Notes: a model not told the origin generated them from the sequence alone. 64,000 nt of DNA from Anaerolinea sp. (GCA_029975055.1 JARKPU010000055.1:17251-81250); one strand, 5' to 3'. Shown: positions 8,819 to 19,500, counted from the stretch's first letter. A program made the numbers and translations.

Positions 8819-10630
8819 ATGACCCCCGAAGAGGCCATGTACCAGGAGGCCTTGGCGGCTGTCCGCAGCGGCGAGCGCGCCCGCGCCCGCGACCTGTTCA
8901 CGCGGCTGCTCAAGCTCAACCAGGCCAACGCCGATTACTGGCTGTGGATGAGCGCGGTGGTCGATACCCCCAAAGAACGCTCGTACTGCCTCAACGAAGT
9001 CTTGCGCCGCGACCCCGAAAACCAGGCCGCCCGGCGCGGGCTGCAACTCTTGGGGCAGGCCCAGCCAGATGAAAGCCGCGTCATCCCCCTGCGCCTGATG
9101 AAGCGCAACTGGCAGGCCGCGCCGCTGCCCGGCGCGCAAGAGCGCACCCCCCTGCCGCTGGGCGGCTGGCGGCAGTGGGCCATGATCCTCGGCGCATTAG
9201 TGTTGATCGCCGCGGTGACGGTGGTGGTGGTGCTCGGCTCGCGCCGCGCCACGCAGAAAGCCATCATCCTGCCCACCGACTTTCCCAACCCGCCAACCTT
9301 CACCCCGCTGCCCTCTACCACCCCGCTGCGCCGCAGCGAAACGCCCACCTTCGCCGGTCCCACCCCGCTGTGGATGCAGCTCAAGGCCACCTACACCCCC
9401 ACCCCGCTGTACGTGGATACCCCTCACCCGGTCAGCGAGGCTTACCGCATCGGCATGCGCGCCTACCAGCGCGGCGACTGGGCCGGGCTGGAAACCTACA
9501 TGCTGCAGGTGGTCACGGTGCAGCCCGAGGCCGTGGATGCGCTCTACTACGCGGGCGAGGCAAAACGCTTTGAGGGGAAATTTGACCAGGCAATCGCCTA
9601 CTACACCCGCGCGATCAACACCAACCCCTCTTTCGGCCCGGCCTACCTCGGCCGCGCCCGCGCCGTGTTGAGCGCCGAGCCCAAGGCCGATTCTCCGGCC
9701 AGGGCGCGCGCCGACCTCGAAGCGGCAATCCAGTATGACCCCAACCTCGGCGAGGCTTACCAGGAGCTGGCGAACCTGGACATAGCGGCCGGCGATTACA
9801 CCGCCGCGCTCGACAGGCTGGCCCAGGCCGAGGCGCTGCTGCCCGGCTCGCCGCTCACCCGCATCCTGCGCGGCCGGGCCTACCTGGGCCTGGGTGATGC
9901 CCCCAAGGCGCTCGAAGAAGCCAGGGCCGCCTCCGAGCTGGATTTCACCTCCCTCCCCGCTTACCGCTTCCTGGCCGAAGCGCTGCAGGCAAACAAACGT
10001 GATGCCGACTCGCTCACCCCGCTCAAAACCTACCTGCGCTACGTCGCCGATGACGCCTTCGCCTATGTGATGGCGGCGCGCGCCTACGAAGCCGTCAAGG
10101 AGCCGGAGGCCGCGCTCGAGTCGCTCTCTGCCGCCCTCAAGCTGGACCGCCGCTCGGTGGATGCGCTTTTGCAGCGCGCCCGCCTGTATATGGACTTGAA
10201 GAATTACTCTTCCGCCGTGGACGATTACAAGGCGGCCGCCGAGCTGGATAAAGAATCCTACGCCGCCAGCCTGGGCCTGGGCGTGGCGCTCTTCAAAGCC
10301 CAATATCCCGGCGACGCCTACGTGCAGTTCGAGCGCACCCTCGGCCTGGCCGAAGGTGACAGCCAGACGGCCGAGCTGTACTACTGGGAAGCTCAGTCGC
10401 TCGAAGCGCTCGATAAGCCCTCGGTGGCCTACACCCTCTGGCAAAAGCTGCTCGCGCTGCCCGCCGAAGCGCTCCAGCCGGAATGGGCCGTCCTGGCAAG
10501 GCAGCGCATCGCCGCCCTGGCCACCCGCACGCCCACCCCGGCGCAGAGCGCCACCCTGGCCCCCACCCGCACCCCCGCGCCCACCGCCACCCGCACACGG
10601 GTGCCCCCCAGCCCATCGCCCACCCGTTGA
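8819..10630 (+). CDS. Single-pass membrane TPR protein
   Basis: N-terminal TPR-like domain, TM helix WAMILGALVLIAAVTVVVVLG, Thr/Pro linker, many TPRs (ALYYAGEA..., AYLGRARA...) and a Thr/Pro tail. Confidence 0.8.
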   Translation: MTPEEAMYQEALAAVRSGERARARDLFTRLLKLNQANADYWLWMSAVVDTPKERSYCLNEVLRRDPENQAARRGLQLLGQAQPDESRVIPLRLMKRNWQAAPLPGAQERTPLPLGGWRQWAMILGALVLIAAVTVVVVLGSRRATQKAIILPTDFPNPPTFTPLPSTTPLRRSETPTFAGPTPLWMQLKATYTPTPLYVDTPHPVSEAYRIGMRAYQRGDWAGLETYMLQVVTVQPEAVDALYYAGEAKRFEGKFDQAIAYYTRAINTNPSFGPAYLGRARAVLSAEPKADSPARARADLEAAIQYDPNLGEAYQELANLDIAAGDYTAALDRLAQAEALLPGSPLTRILRGRAYLGLGDAPKALEEARAASELDFTSLPAYRFLAEALQANKRDADSLTPLKTYLRYVADDAFAYVMAARAYEAVKEPEAALESLSAALKLDRRSVDALLQRARLYMDLKNYSSAVDDYKAAAELDKESYAASLGLGVALFKAQYPGDAYVQFERTLGLAEGDSQTAELYYWEAQSLEALDKPSVAYTLWQKLLALPAEALQPEWAVLARQRIAALATRTPTPAQSATLAPTRTPAPTATRTRVPPSPSPTR

Positions 10631-10642
10631 ACCTGCAACCTC

Positions 10643-13495
10643 GTGCGCACGATTGATCTCTTCACATTGGTTCACCGGCGCAAGCTGCGCCGCACCTACC
10701 GGCAGAGCAAAGCGCGCCGCCGCGCCGGGCGCCTGGGGCTTGGCCTGCTGGCGGTGCTCTTCCTGGCCGCTGCCGCCGGGCTGGGGGCCGTTTCCTACTG
10801 GTACAGTTCGCTCACCGGCGGCCTGCCCACCCTGGCCGATCTGCCCGCTTTCTTCGACCCCGGCGAAGGGTTGTTCTTCCAGCCCACGCGCCTGTATGAC
10901 CGCACCGGTCAGCACCTGCTGCTGACGCTCGAAAACCCGGGCATTGTGCGCCGCTACATGCATGTTGATCCCACCGAGGCGGATCACTTCTCGCCCGAGC
11001 TGCTGCGCGCCGCCGTGGCCCTGCTCGACCCGACCTTCTGGAGCAACCCAGGCTTCCATTCGGGCCGCCTGCTCGACCCCCAGCCCGCCACCCTGGCCGA
11101 ACGCCTGGCCTACGACCTCTTCCTGAGCCAGGAACCCGCCGGGCTGCGCCGGGCGCTGCGCATGCGCCTGCTGGCCGCCCAGCTGGTCAGCCAGTACGGG
11201 CGCTCCAAAGTGCTGGAGTGGTACCTGAATTCGGCCTCTTTTGGGCACCTCACCTACGGCGCCGAGGCCGCCGCGCGTCTCTACCTGGATAAATCGGCCT
11301 CCGAGCTCACGCTGGCCGATGCGGCCCTGCTCATCCCGCTCACCTCCGCGCCCGCGCTCAACCCGCTCGATTCGCCAAACGCCGCCGTCGAACGACAGCA
11401 GGCCGCGCTGGAACAACTCCTTGCAGAAAAGGCAATCTCGCCGGATGAGTATCAACGCGCTTCCGCTTCAGAAGTGCGCCTGCGCAAAGAGACCCCCGCG
11501 GGCAAATCATCGGCCGCGGCTTTCACCTCGCTCGCGCTTGACCAGCTCGCGCGCTGCTTTGGCCGCCAGCGCTTAGAGCGCGGCGGGCTGCGCATCATCA
11601 CCAGCCTCGATTACGACCTGCAGTTAGAGATGACCTGCCTGGTACGCACCCAGCTACGCCGCCTGGAAGGTCTGAGCGGGCAGGAAAGCCTGCCCGACGG
11701 CTCGGAGTGCCAATCGGCGCGCCTGCTGCCCACCCTGCCGCCCGGCGATTCGCTTCCCCCCGGCCTGGCCGCCGCCGGAACCGTTCTCGACCCTTCCACC
11801 GGCCAGGTGCTGGCCCTGCTCGGAGATACCACCCTCGAAAGCGAACCCGCCTTCGCCGCCGCTCACTCGCCCGGCTCGCTGCTCACGCCCATCGCCGCAG
11901 CGGCGGCCTTTGCGCGCAGTTACGGCCCCGCCAGCCTGGTGTGGGATATCCCCTCCGGCCTGGCGCAGGCGGCCAACCCCGATGGCGTCTACCACGGGCC
12001 GCTGCGCCTGCGCGCCGCCCTCGCCAACGATTACCTCTCGCCGCTCGCGCAAATGGTGGATCAGATCGGCCCGGCCAGCGCCTGGCGGCTCGCGGCCGCC
12101 CTGGGGCTGCCCGCGCTGGCCGAGGAGCAGTCGGCGGACGTGCTTTTCAGCGGCGCAAAATCCACCCCGGTGGAACTGGCCCAGGCCTATTCGGCCTTCG
12201 CCAACCTCGGCACGCTCAACGGGCAGCGCCTGCCCGGGCTGGCGGCCATTCAACCGGTGACCGTGCTTTACGTGGAAGACGCGCAGCAGCGCATCCTGTT
12301 AGACGCAACCACGCCCGAGGCGCAGCCGGTGCTCAGCCCGCCGCTGGCCTACCTGGTACATCACGTCCTCAGCGACGAGCAGTCGCGCTGGCCCACCCTG
12401 GGCTACCCCAATCCGCTCGAAGTCGGCCGCCCGGCCGGGGCCAAGGTGGGGCGCGTGGAGGGCGGGCAAGAAGCCTGGGCGGCGGGGTATATCCGCCGGC
12501 GCGTGGCCGTGCTGTGGCTCGGCAGCCGGCAGGCCCGGGTGGACCCGCGCTTTGCCGCCGGAATCTGGCATGCGCTCATCCAGTTCACCGCGCGCGACCT
12601 GCCCGCTGAAGATTGGCCGCCCCCCCAGGGCGTCTCTACCGTCAACGTGTGCGACCCATCCGGCCAGCTGCCCACCGCGGCCTGCCCGGCGGTGGTGGCC
12701 GAGCTGTTCCTGGCGGGCAACGAGCCGGTCTCTTACGACTCGCTCTACCAGACCTACCAGGTCAACCGCGAGACGGGCCGCCTGGCGACGGTCTTCACCC
12801 CCGCCGGGCTGGTGGACGAGCGCGTGTACATGCAAGTGCCCCCCGAGGCGCGTGCATGGGCCGCCGCGGCGGGCATTCAAACCCCGCCGGACGTGTACGA
12901 TGCCATCCAGCCGCCCGCGCCATCCGAAAATGTGCAGATCAGCAGCCCGGCGCCGTTCGCCTACGTGCGCGGCAAGGTGGCGCTGCGCGGCACGGCGCGC
13001 GGAGCGGGCTTCAGCTCCTACCGCCTGCAGGCCGGGGCCGGGCTCAACCCGCAGAGCTGGCTGCAGATCGCCCCCGATAGCTCCACCCCAGCCAGCGACC
13101 AGCTGCTGGCCGAATGGGATACGCAGGGCCTGGACGGACTCTATGCCCTGCGCCTGCTGGTGGTGCGCGCCGACCAGACGGTGGAAAACGCCACCATCCA
13201 GGTGACGGTGGATAACACCCCGCCCGTCGCGCGGGTGATCTACCCGCTGCCGGGCCAGGCCTTCAACCTCCCCAGAGACCGCCAGGTCACCTTCCAGGCC
13301 GAGGCCTCCGACGCGGTGGGCATCCAGAAGGTGGAGTGGCTGGTGGATGGCAAACCGGCCGGGCAGAACCTGGTGGCCCCGTGGAGCTACACCTGGCAGG
13401 CCTCCCCCGGCGAGCACACCCTGGCGGTGCGCGTCACCGACCTGGCCGGCAACCTCACCGAATCGGCGCAGGTAAAATTCCAGGTGAACCGCTGA
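10643..13495 (+). CDS. Class A penicillin-binding protein homologue with degenerate catalytic motifs and C-terminal Ig-like domains
   Basis: TM anchor, TRLYDRTG, VLEWYLN...GAEAAARLYLDK, IITSLDYDLQ and a transpeptidase-like region; the catalytic motifs are altered (see findings). GTG start. Confidence 0.8.
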   Translation: MRTIDLFTLVHRRKLRRTYRQSKARRRAGRLGLGLLAVLFLAAAAGLGAVSYWYSSLTGGLPTLADLPAFFDPGEGLFFQPTRLYDRTGQHLLLTLENPGIVRRYMHVDPTEADHFSPELLRAAVALLDPTFWSNPGFHSGRLLDPQPATLAERLAYDLFLSQEPAGLRRALRMRLLAAQLVSQYGRSKVLEWYLNSASFGHLTYGAEAAARLYLDKSASELTLADAALLIPLTSAPALNPLDSPNAAVERQQAALEQLLAEKAISPDEYQRASASEVRLRKETPAGKSSAAAFTSLALDQLARCFGRQRLERGGLRIITSLDYDLQLEMTCLVRTQLRRLEGLSGQESLPDGSECQSARLLPTLPPGDSLPPGLAAAGTVLDPSTGQVLALLGDTTLESEPAFAAAHSPGSLLTPIAAAAAFARSYGPASLVWDIPSGLAQAANPDGVYHGPLRLRAALANDYLSPLAQMVDQIGPASAWRLAAALGLPALAEEQSADVLFSGAKSTPVELAQAYSAFANLGTLNGQRLPGLAAIQPVTVLYVEDAQQRILLDATTPEAQPVLSPPLAYLVHHVLSDEQSRWPTLGYPNPLEVGRPAGAKVGRVEGGQEAWAAGYIRRRVAVLWLGSRQARVDPRFAAGIWHALIQFTARDLPAEDWPPPQGVSTVNVCDPSGQLPTAACPAVVAELFLAGNEPVSYDSLYQTYQVNRETGRLATVFTPAGLVDERVYMQVPPEARAWAAAAGIQTPPDVYDAIQPPAPSENVQISSPAPFAYVRGKVALRGTARGAGFSSYRLQAGAGLNPQSWLQIAPDSSTPASDQLLAEWDTQGLDGLYALRLLVVRADQTVENATIQVTVDNTPPVARVIYPLPGQAFNLPRDRQVTFQAEASDAVGIQKVEWLVDGKPAGQNLVAPWSYTWQASPGEHTLAVRVTDLAGNLTESAQVKFQVNR

Positions 13496-13498
13496 GGA

Positions 13499-14767
13499 TT
13501 AGATTCCTTCCAGCATCAGCAGCGCGTCTTCCCAATGCGCAGGCACCGAGAACCACTCGCTCGTCCAGCGCGCGAAGGTGGCGCCCGTGGCATTGCCGGT
13601 GAGGTATTCGCCCCCCGCCTGGTGCTCGCCGGTGGCGGGGTTGATCCAGGTGGCGCGCGCCTTGCGCGCGGCAATGCGGTCTACCCGCACATAGGCGTGG
13701 CACTGGCTGGAGAGGTAGAGCAGCGCCAGGCGCCGATCGGGGGTGCGCATGGCCGCGTTGAGCGTGCGCCCGCAGCTGGTGCCTTCGTTGAACAGGGTCT
13801 GGTCGGGGATCATTTCCCACCAGGGGAAATGCCCGATGATCTGGCGCAGCATGCCCATGTGGAATGCGCCCGGCGAATCGAGCGCGCCCTGCCAGCCGGG
13901 TTCCATGCGCCACATCTGGTTTTGTCCATACGTGGGGAAGCCCCCGGCCATCACGGCCCACCAGGCCTGCCGGCGCACCACCAGCGGGGTGATCGGCCCG
14001 AGCGGGTATTCCGGGCCGTCTTCATAGGCGCCCTCGGCGTGCACAACCGGCTTGGGCGGGTCGAGCGCCCGGTCGGCCGAGACTGCCTGGTACACCGCCG
14101 GCCAGGCCGACCACGTCTGGATCATATTGAAGTCCAGCCAATCTTCATTGTGGAAGTAGTAGGAAGACGAGAAGAACCCGCACGGGTGATAGGAGATCAG
14201 GTGGCTGCCCCCATCTCCGGCGCGCAGCCCGCGGGCAATGGCCCGCCAGGTATCGGCGCAGTCCGCCGGTTCGCGGTCGCCCCCGTTGACCCAGATGAGG
14301 TTCGGCGCGTCTTTGAAGCGCCTTCCCAGCCATTCGCCGTAGGCGTAGCCGTTTTGCGGGTCGAACACGCGGCTGTCGTTCACATGGAAGCCCCAGGTGG
14401 GCAGCACTGCCAGTACAAGCCCCAGTTCGGCGGCGCGGCGCAGGAGCGTCTCCACGTAATTAAAAAAGGCCGGGTTCGGTTCGGCGGGGGTCTGCTTCCA
14501 GGGCGGTTCGCCGTGATAGTTCGCCCTGGGGGGCGTTCCGGCCAGGTTGGGCGGGATGGGGTCGCCCCAGGCCAGCACGCACTGGATGACGCTGAAGCCC
14601 TTGGCCGCCCGGTTGACCAGGTGACGGTCGGCCGCCTCGGGGCTGTAGCTGACGAAGAAGGGCCAGGCGGTATCGCCCAGCCAGAAGAAAGGCCTGCCGT
14701 TCGCATCAACGAAATAGCGCCGGTTCGGGCTCACGCGAATGGGGCCGGGGAAGGTGGTTGCTGGCAT
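13499..14767 (-). CDS. DUF4038 / GH140 apiosidase-like glycoside hydrolase with C-terminal putative collagen-binding-like domain
   Basis: YFVDANGRPFFWLGDTAW, RAAKGFSVIQ, IWVNGGD, ISYHP, WLDFNMIQTW, KPVVHAEGAYE; SD GAGG before MPATTF; no signal peptide seen. Confidence 0.75.
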   Translation of the reverse strand: MPATTFPGPIRVSPNRRYFVDANGRPFFWLGDTAWPFFVSYSPEAADRHLVNRAAKGFSVIQCVLAWGDPIPPNLAGTPPRANYHGEPPWKQTPAEPNPAFFNYVETLLRRAAELGLVLAVLPTWGFHVNDSRVFDPQNGYAYGEWLGRRFKDAPNLIWVNGGDREPADCADTWRAIARGLRAGDGGSHLISYHPCGFFSSSYYFHNEDWLDFNMIQTWSAWPAVYQAVSADRALDPPKPVVHAEGAYEDGPEYPLGPITPLVVRRQAWWAVMAGGFPTYGQNQMWRMEPGWQGALDSPGAFHMGMLRQIIGHFPWWEMIPDQTLFNEGTSCGRTLNAAMRTPDRRLALLYLSSQCHAYVRVDRIAARKARATWINPATGEHQAGGEYLTGNATGATFARWTSEWFSVPAHWEDALLMLEGI

Positions 14768-15029
14768 ATGAACCTCGCTGAAACGGATTGAACCTTGCGA
14801 AGGAATTCGCTTCCAGGGATCAGTCGAAATGCACACAGCCTTGCGCGGGATGGTCGTCAACCGCATGGTCAGGCTCGTTAATATTATCCATCAAAACCGC
14901 GCAATTTCCATCGAGGATTCTCAACGAGCCGGCACCTTCGCCGTGGATTAGAATACCGATAAAACCAACCGTTTTAGGCGAATTTTTTGGTATAATATCA
15001 TAAATATCTTCTGAATTGAACGGTGCCCC

Positions 15030-16010
15030 ATGGCCCTTGACCGTTTTGGACGCGACATCCATTACCTGCGCATCAGCCTGACCGATCACTGCAATTTGCG
15101 CTGCGTTTATTGCATGCCGGAGGATATGACCTTCCGGCCCAACAAGGAGATGATGCAGGACGACGAACTGCTCCTGCTGGTGCGCCTCTTCACCAGCCTG
15201 GGGTTCGATAAGCTGCGCCTCACCGGCGGCGAGCCGACCGTGCGCGCCGGAATCGTGGACCTGGTGCGCGAAATCAGCCGCACCCCCGGCGTGCGCCACC
15301 TGACAATGACCACCAACGGCGTCCTGTTGGGCAAACTGGCCCGCCCGCTCAAAGAAGCCGGGTTGCAGCGCGTCAACATCAGCCTCGATACGCTCGACCC
15401 CGCCAAGTTCAAGCGCCTGACGCGCTGGGGCAGCTTTGACCAGGTGTGGGAGGGCATCCGCGCCGCCGAGGAAGCCAGGCTGGCCCCGGTCAAGCTCAAC
15501 GCGGTGGTGGTGCGCGGCTACAACGAGGCCGACGTGGTGGACCTGGCGCGCCTGACGCTCGAGCACCCCTGGCAGATGCGTTATATCGAGATGATGCCCT
15601 TCGCCGGGGCCACCGAACTGCAGCAGACGCAGGTAGTGCGCGCCGCCGAGATGATCGAGCGCATCGAAGCCGCTCTGGGGCCGCTGGAACTGCTCAACGA
15701 GGGCGAGCTGGATGGCGAAGCGCGCCTCTTCCGCCTGCCCGGCGGGGTGGGCACGCTCGGGTTCATTTCTTCCGTCTCGCTGCCCTTCTGCGCCACCTGC
15801 ACGCGCGCCCGCCTGACGGCCGATGGCAAGCTGCGCCTGTGCCTGCTGCGCGAAAAAGAGGTGGATTTGCTCAAGCCGCTGCGCGCCGGGGCCTCCCTCG
15901 AAGACCTGCGCAAGCTGATCTTAGACGGGGTGTGGTACAAGCCCTGGGGTCACGGCCTCCAGGAAGGCAAATTCGCCCTCAACCGCGTGATGAGCGAAAT
16001 CGGAGGGTAA
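15030..16010 (+). CDS. moaA: GTP 3',8-cyclase (molybdenum cofactor biosynthesis)
   Basis: YLRISLTDHCNLRCVYCM (radical SAM), TGGEP, FCATCTRARLTADGKLRLCL, C-terminal MSEIGG. Confidence 0.95.
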   Translation: MALDRFGRDIHYLRISLTDHCNLRCVYCMPEDMTFRPNKEMMQDDELLLLVRLFTSLGFDKLRLTGGEPTVRAGIVDLVREISRTPGVRHLTMTTNGVLLGKLARPLKEAGLQRVNISLDTLDPAKFKRLTRWGSFDQVWEGIRAAEEARLAPVKLNAVVVRGYNEADVVDLARLTLEHPWQMRYIEMMPFAGATELQQTQVVRAAEMIERIEAALGPLELLNEGELDGEARLFRLPGGVGTLGFISSVSLPFCATCTRARLTADGKLRLCLLREKEVDLLKPLRAGASLEDLRKLILDGVWYKPWGHGLQEGKFALNRVMSEIGG

Positions 16011-16064
16011 AAGAGAGCGCGCCCCGGCCCCGGGGAAGCCCACCTGCGAGCCGGAATTGACGAT

Positions 16065-17033
16065 CTACCCCGCGTGGAACCAGCTCAACGCTTCGGCAAC
16101 CGCCTCTTCCACCGGGCGCGGAGGGGCAAGGCCCAGCTCCACCTGCGCCTTGCGCAGGTCGTAATGGAAGTTGTAGCCCGCCAGGTGGAAAAGCTCCGCG
16201 CTGACCGGCAGGTCGAGGAAGTTTTGCAGCGGCAGCGCCAGCCGCCCCAGCGCGCGCACCAGCCCCGCCGGCAGCACCAGGTTCGGCGCGGGCACGCCTG
16301 CTGCGCGGGCGATGATTTGCAGCAGTTCAAGGTACGTCAGGTTCTCGCCGCCCAGGATGTAGCGCTCGCCGCACCTGCCGCGCTCGAAGGCCGCCAGGTG
16401 CCCCTCCACCACGTCGGCAATGTGCACGGCGTTGATTCCCCCCTCCACCGCCACGCTCAGCTTGCGTGCCGCCACCAGGTTGATGATCGAGCTCGACTGG
16501 CGGTGGACATCTCCGGCCCCAAAGACCATGCCCGGGTTGGTGATCACCACATCCAGCCCCTGCGCCACGGCCTTTTGCACTTCCATCTCGGCCAGGTACT
16601 TGGCATACCCGTAGGGGTAGTATTCCGGGGGGATGTTCCAGGTGTGGTTCTCGTTGAGCAGTGAAGGCGCGCCGCGCTCGGGCACGCCTAAAGCGGCCAC
16701 CGAACTGGTGTGCACCACGCGCCGCACGCCCGCTTTGCGCGCCGCCGCCAGCACCTCGCGCGTGCCTTCCACCGTGACGGCATACAGCCTTCCCGAGTCG
16801 TTTCCGCCCATCCACGCCGCGGCGTGGAAGACCCCTTCGATGCCCTGCATGGCCGCCAGGAGCGTCTCCGGCTGGGTCAGGTCGCCGAGGGCGTGCTCGA
16901 TCTCCAGCCCTTCGAGCAGGCGCAGTGTGCTGGCCGGGCGGTGAAACGCGCGCACCTTGTGGCCTGCCTGCACGAGGGCGCGGCACAGTCTGGAGCCGAT
17001 GAACCCGGTGGAGCCGGTGACGAGGACATTCAT
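16065..17033 (-). CDS. NAD-dependent epimerase/dehydratase (extended SDR, HpnA/DFR-like)
   Basis: [28 protein letters not shown] (YxxxK), [10 protein letters not shown]; the start overlaps the thiolase stop. Confidence 0.8.
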   Translation of the reverse strand: MNVLVTGSTGFIGSRLCRALVQAGHKVRAFHRPASTLRLLEGLEIEHALGDLTQPETLLAAMQGIEGVFHAAAWMGGNDSGRLYAVTVEGTREVLAAARKAGVRRVVHTSSVAALGVPERGAPSLLNENHTWNIPPEYYPYGYAKYLAEMEVQKAVAQGLDVVITNPGMVFGAGDVHRQSSSIINLVAARKLSVAVEGGINAVHIADVVEGHLAAFERGRCGERYILGGENLTYLELLQIIARAAGVPAPNLVLPAGLVRALGRLALPLQNFLDLPVSAELFHLAGYNFHYDLRKAQVELGLAPPRPVEEAVAEALSWFHAG

Positions 17034-18253
17034 GCCAGGCACTCCACCAGCATGGCCTCGCCCTGACCCACGCCCACGCACAGCGTCGCCAGGCCGTAAT
17101 AAGGGCGGGGCGCGCCGGCGGCGCGGCGGCGCATTTCGTGCAGCAGGGTGGTGAGGATGCGCGCCCCCGAGCACCCCAGCGGGTGGCCCAGCGCCACCGC
17201 CCCGCCGTTGACGTTGACCATCTCATGCGAAAGGCCCAGTTCGGCCATCACCGCCAGCACCTGCACGGCAAAGGCTTCGTTGATCTCCACCAGCCCCACC
17301 TGGTTCAGCTCCAGGCCGGCGCGCGCCAGGGCTTTGCGGGTGGCCGGAACCGGCCCAAGGCCCATCACCCGCGGGGCCACGCCCGCCGCCGCCGAAGCGA
17401 CCACGCGCGCCAGCGGCTTGAAGCCCAGCGCAGCCGCGCGCGCGGCGCTCATCACCAGCAGGGCTGCCGCGCCGTCGTTCAGCCCGGAAGAGTTGCCCGC
17501 CGTGACGCTCCCGCCCTGCCGGAAGGCAGGCTTGAGGCGCGCGAGCGATTCGTAGGTGGTGTCGCGGCGCGGGCGCTCGTCGGTATCCACCACCAGCGGC
17601 TCGCCTTTCTTTTGCGGCACGGGCACGGGGGTGATTTCCTCGGCGAACCTGCCCGAATCGATCGCCTCGATCGCCCGCCGGTGGCTCTCGAGAGCGAAGC
17701 GATCCTGCGCCTCGCGCGAGATACCGGTCTGCCCGGCGATGTTTTCAGCCGTCTCGCCCATCGACTCAAGGCCGTAGAGCTGCTCCATGCGCGGGTTGGG
17801 GTAACGCCAGCCCAGGGCCGTGTCGTAGGCCGTCAGGTTGCCAAAGGGGAAGCCCGCCTCGGCCTTGGGCAGCGAATAGGGCGCGCGCGACATGCTCTCC
17901 ACGCCCCCGGCGATGAACACGTCACCCTCGCCGCTGCGGATAGCCCTGGCCGCCATGCTCACCGCAGTCAACCCCGAAGCACACAATCGGTTGAAGGTGA
18001 CCCCCGCCGTCTCCACGGGCAGCCCGGCCAGCAGCGCGGCCATGCGCGCCACGTTGCGGTTATCTTCGCCGGCCTGGTTGGCGCAGCCGAAGTACACCTC
18101 TTCCACCAGGGCCGGGTCGAGGCCGGTGCGCTGCAACAGCGCGCGGATGGCGTGTGCGGCGAGGTCGTCTGGCCGCACGCGCGCCAGCGCCCCGCCCAGC
18201 GCCCCGATGGGCGTGCGGATGGCATCGATGATGACAGGGTCTTGTGGGTGCAT
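17030..18253 (-). CDS. Thiolase (acetyl-CoA C-acyltransferase, PcaF-like)
   Basis: [46 protein letters not shown]. Confidence 0.9.
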   Translation of the reverse strand: MHPQDPVIIDAIRTPIGALGGALARVRPDDLAAHAIRALLQRTGLDPALVEEVYFGCANQAGEDNRNVARMAALLAGLPVETAGVTFNRLCASGLTAVSMAARAIRSGEGDVFIAGGVESMSRAPYSLPKAEAGFPFGNLTAYDTALGWRYPNPRMEQLYGLESMGETAENIAGQTGISREAQDRFALESHRRAIEAIDSGRFAEEITPVPVPQKKGEPLVVDTDERPRRDTTYESLARLKPAFRQGGSVTAGNSSGLNDGAAALLVMSAARAAALGFKPLARVVASAAAGVAPRVMGLGPVPATRKALARAGLELNQVGLVEINEAFAVQVLAVMAELGLSHEMVNVNGGAVALGHPLGCSGARILTTLLHEMRRRAAGAPRPYYGLATLCVGVGQGEAMLVECLA

Positions 18254-18405
18254 TGGGTTCCTTAGGGTTTAAAAGGCACGCGGGCGCTTTGGCGCTCAGG
18301 GCAAGAGACCAGCGTTGTCCAATCGCCTCGGCGCCCGAGCACCTGCTCCCATTCCTTCCCAATATTCTACAACGGAAAGCGGAAGGATTGGTATACTAGC
18401 TAACG

Positions 18406-19302
18406 ATGAGCAAACTTCAGGTTTGGGTACTGGCGGCCCGGCCGCGCACCCTGCCGGCGGCGGTCGCCCCGGTGATTGTCGCCTCGGCGCTGGCTTTCTA
18501 CGCCGGCCAATTCTCCCCCGGCCCGGCGCTGGCGGCGCTGATCGGCGCGCTGCTGATCCAGGTGGGGGCCAACTTCTCCAACGACCTGTTCGATTTTCAG
18601 AAAGGCGTGGATACCTCGCAGCGCCTGGGGCCGGTGCGCGTCACGCAGGCCGGGCTGTTGACGCAGGCCGAGGTAGCCTGGGGCACGGCGCTGGTTTTTG
18701 CCATGGCGGCCCTGTGCGGTGTTTACCTGGCGCTGGCCTCAGGCTGGCCGGTCATCGCCATCGGCGCGCTCTCGGTGCTGGCAGCCCTGGCCTATACCGG
18801 CGGCCCCTATCCGCTCGGCTACAACGGCCTGGGAGAGGTATTCGTCTTCCTCTTCTTTGGGCTGGCGGCGGTGGTGGGAACGTACTTTGTGCAGGCAAAG
18901 GCCGTCAGCCTGGCAGCCTTTGCGGTGGCCTTCCCGGTGGGCTGTTTGGTGGTGAATATTTTGGTGGTCAACAACCTGCGCGACATCCCCACCGACATGG
19001 CCACCGGCAAGCGCACGCTGGCGGTGCGCAACGGCGCCGCCTGGACTCGCCGCGAATACCTGGTGGTGCTTGGGCTGGCGTACCTTTCCACGCTGCTGAT
19101 GGCACTCTCCGGGCTGCTGCCGGGCTGGGTGCTGCTCTGCTGGCTCTCACTGCCGCTTGGCGTGCGCCTGGTGTGGAACGTCTGGCAGGATACAGGCCGG
19201 GCGTTGAACAAATCGCTGGCAGGCACGGGCCAGCTCGAACTGATCTTCTGCCTGCTCTTCTCGCTCGGCCTGCTCATCGCTAAATTCCTTCCCGGAACCT
19301 AG
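18406..19302 (+). CDS. menA: 1,4-dihydroxy-2-naphthoate polyprenyltransferase
   Basis: ARPRTLPAA, NFSNDLFD, YTGGPYPLGYNGLGE, NNLRDIPTD...GKRTLAVR. Confidence 0.9.
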   Translation: MSKLQVWVLAARPRTLPAAVAPVIVASALAFYAGQFSPGPALAALIGALLIQVGANFSNDLFDFQKGVDTSQRLGPVRVTQAGLLTQAEVAWGTALVFAMAALCGVYLALASGWPVIAIGALSVLAALAYTGGPYPLGYNGLGEVFVFLFFGLAAVVGTYFVQAKAVSLAAFAVAFPVGCLVVNILVVNNLRDIPTDMATGKRTLAVRNGAAWTRREYLVVLGLAYLSTLLMALSGLLPGWVLLCWLSLPLGVRLVWNVWQDTGRALNKSLAGTGQLELIFCLLFSLGLLIAKFLPGT

Positions 19303-19500
19303 CCGCTAAAGGACGCGAAAAAAAGAGGCGACCTCTCTTCTCTTCGCGTTCCTTCGTGTTTTTCCCCCTGCGGGTGCACCCCGGGTCTCCCCCAACATCG
19401 CGGCGATTTGGCCCACCGCCAGGCCCTCCCTCAAAACCGTTTTTGTTTTGGGGAGGGCTAAGGGAGGGGGGCCGGGCCGCATTGGTTTGAGCATGAAAGA
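19303..19500. repeat. Mosaic of GxxExxY-type arm, GGGTGCACCC mini-module and CCCTCCCC hairpin repeats
   Basis: CCGCTAAAGGACGCGAAA...TTCGCGTTCCTTCGTG, then CCTGCGGGTGCACCCCGGGTCTCCCCCAACATCGCGGCGAT (near reverse complement of about 40255-40295), then GCCCTCCCTCAAAACCG...TTTTGGGGAGGGC. Confidence 0.7.

Noticed and set aside
10643-13495. Pseudogene call for the degenerate PBP
   Set aside because: The reading frame is full length with no frameshift or stop, and non-catalytic structural motifs are retained
14768-15029. Moco riboswitch upstream of moaA
   Set aside because: The region is AT-rich with a TATAAT close to the gene; I could not recognise riboswitch structure or conserved motifs
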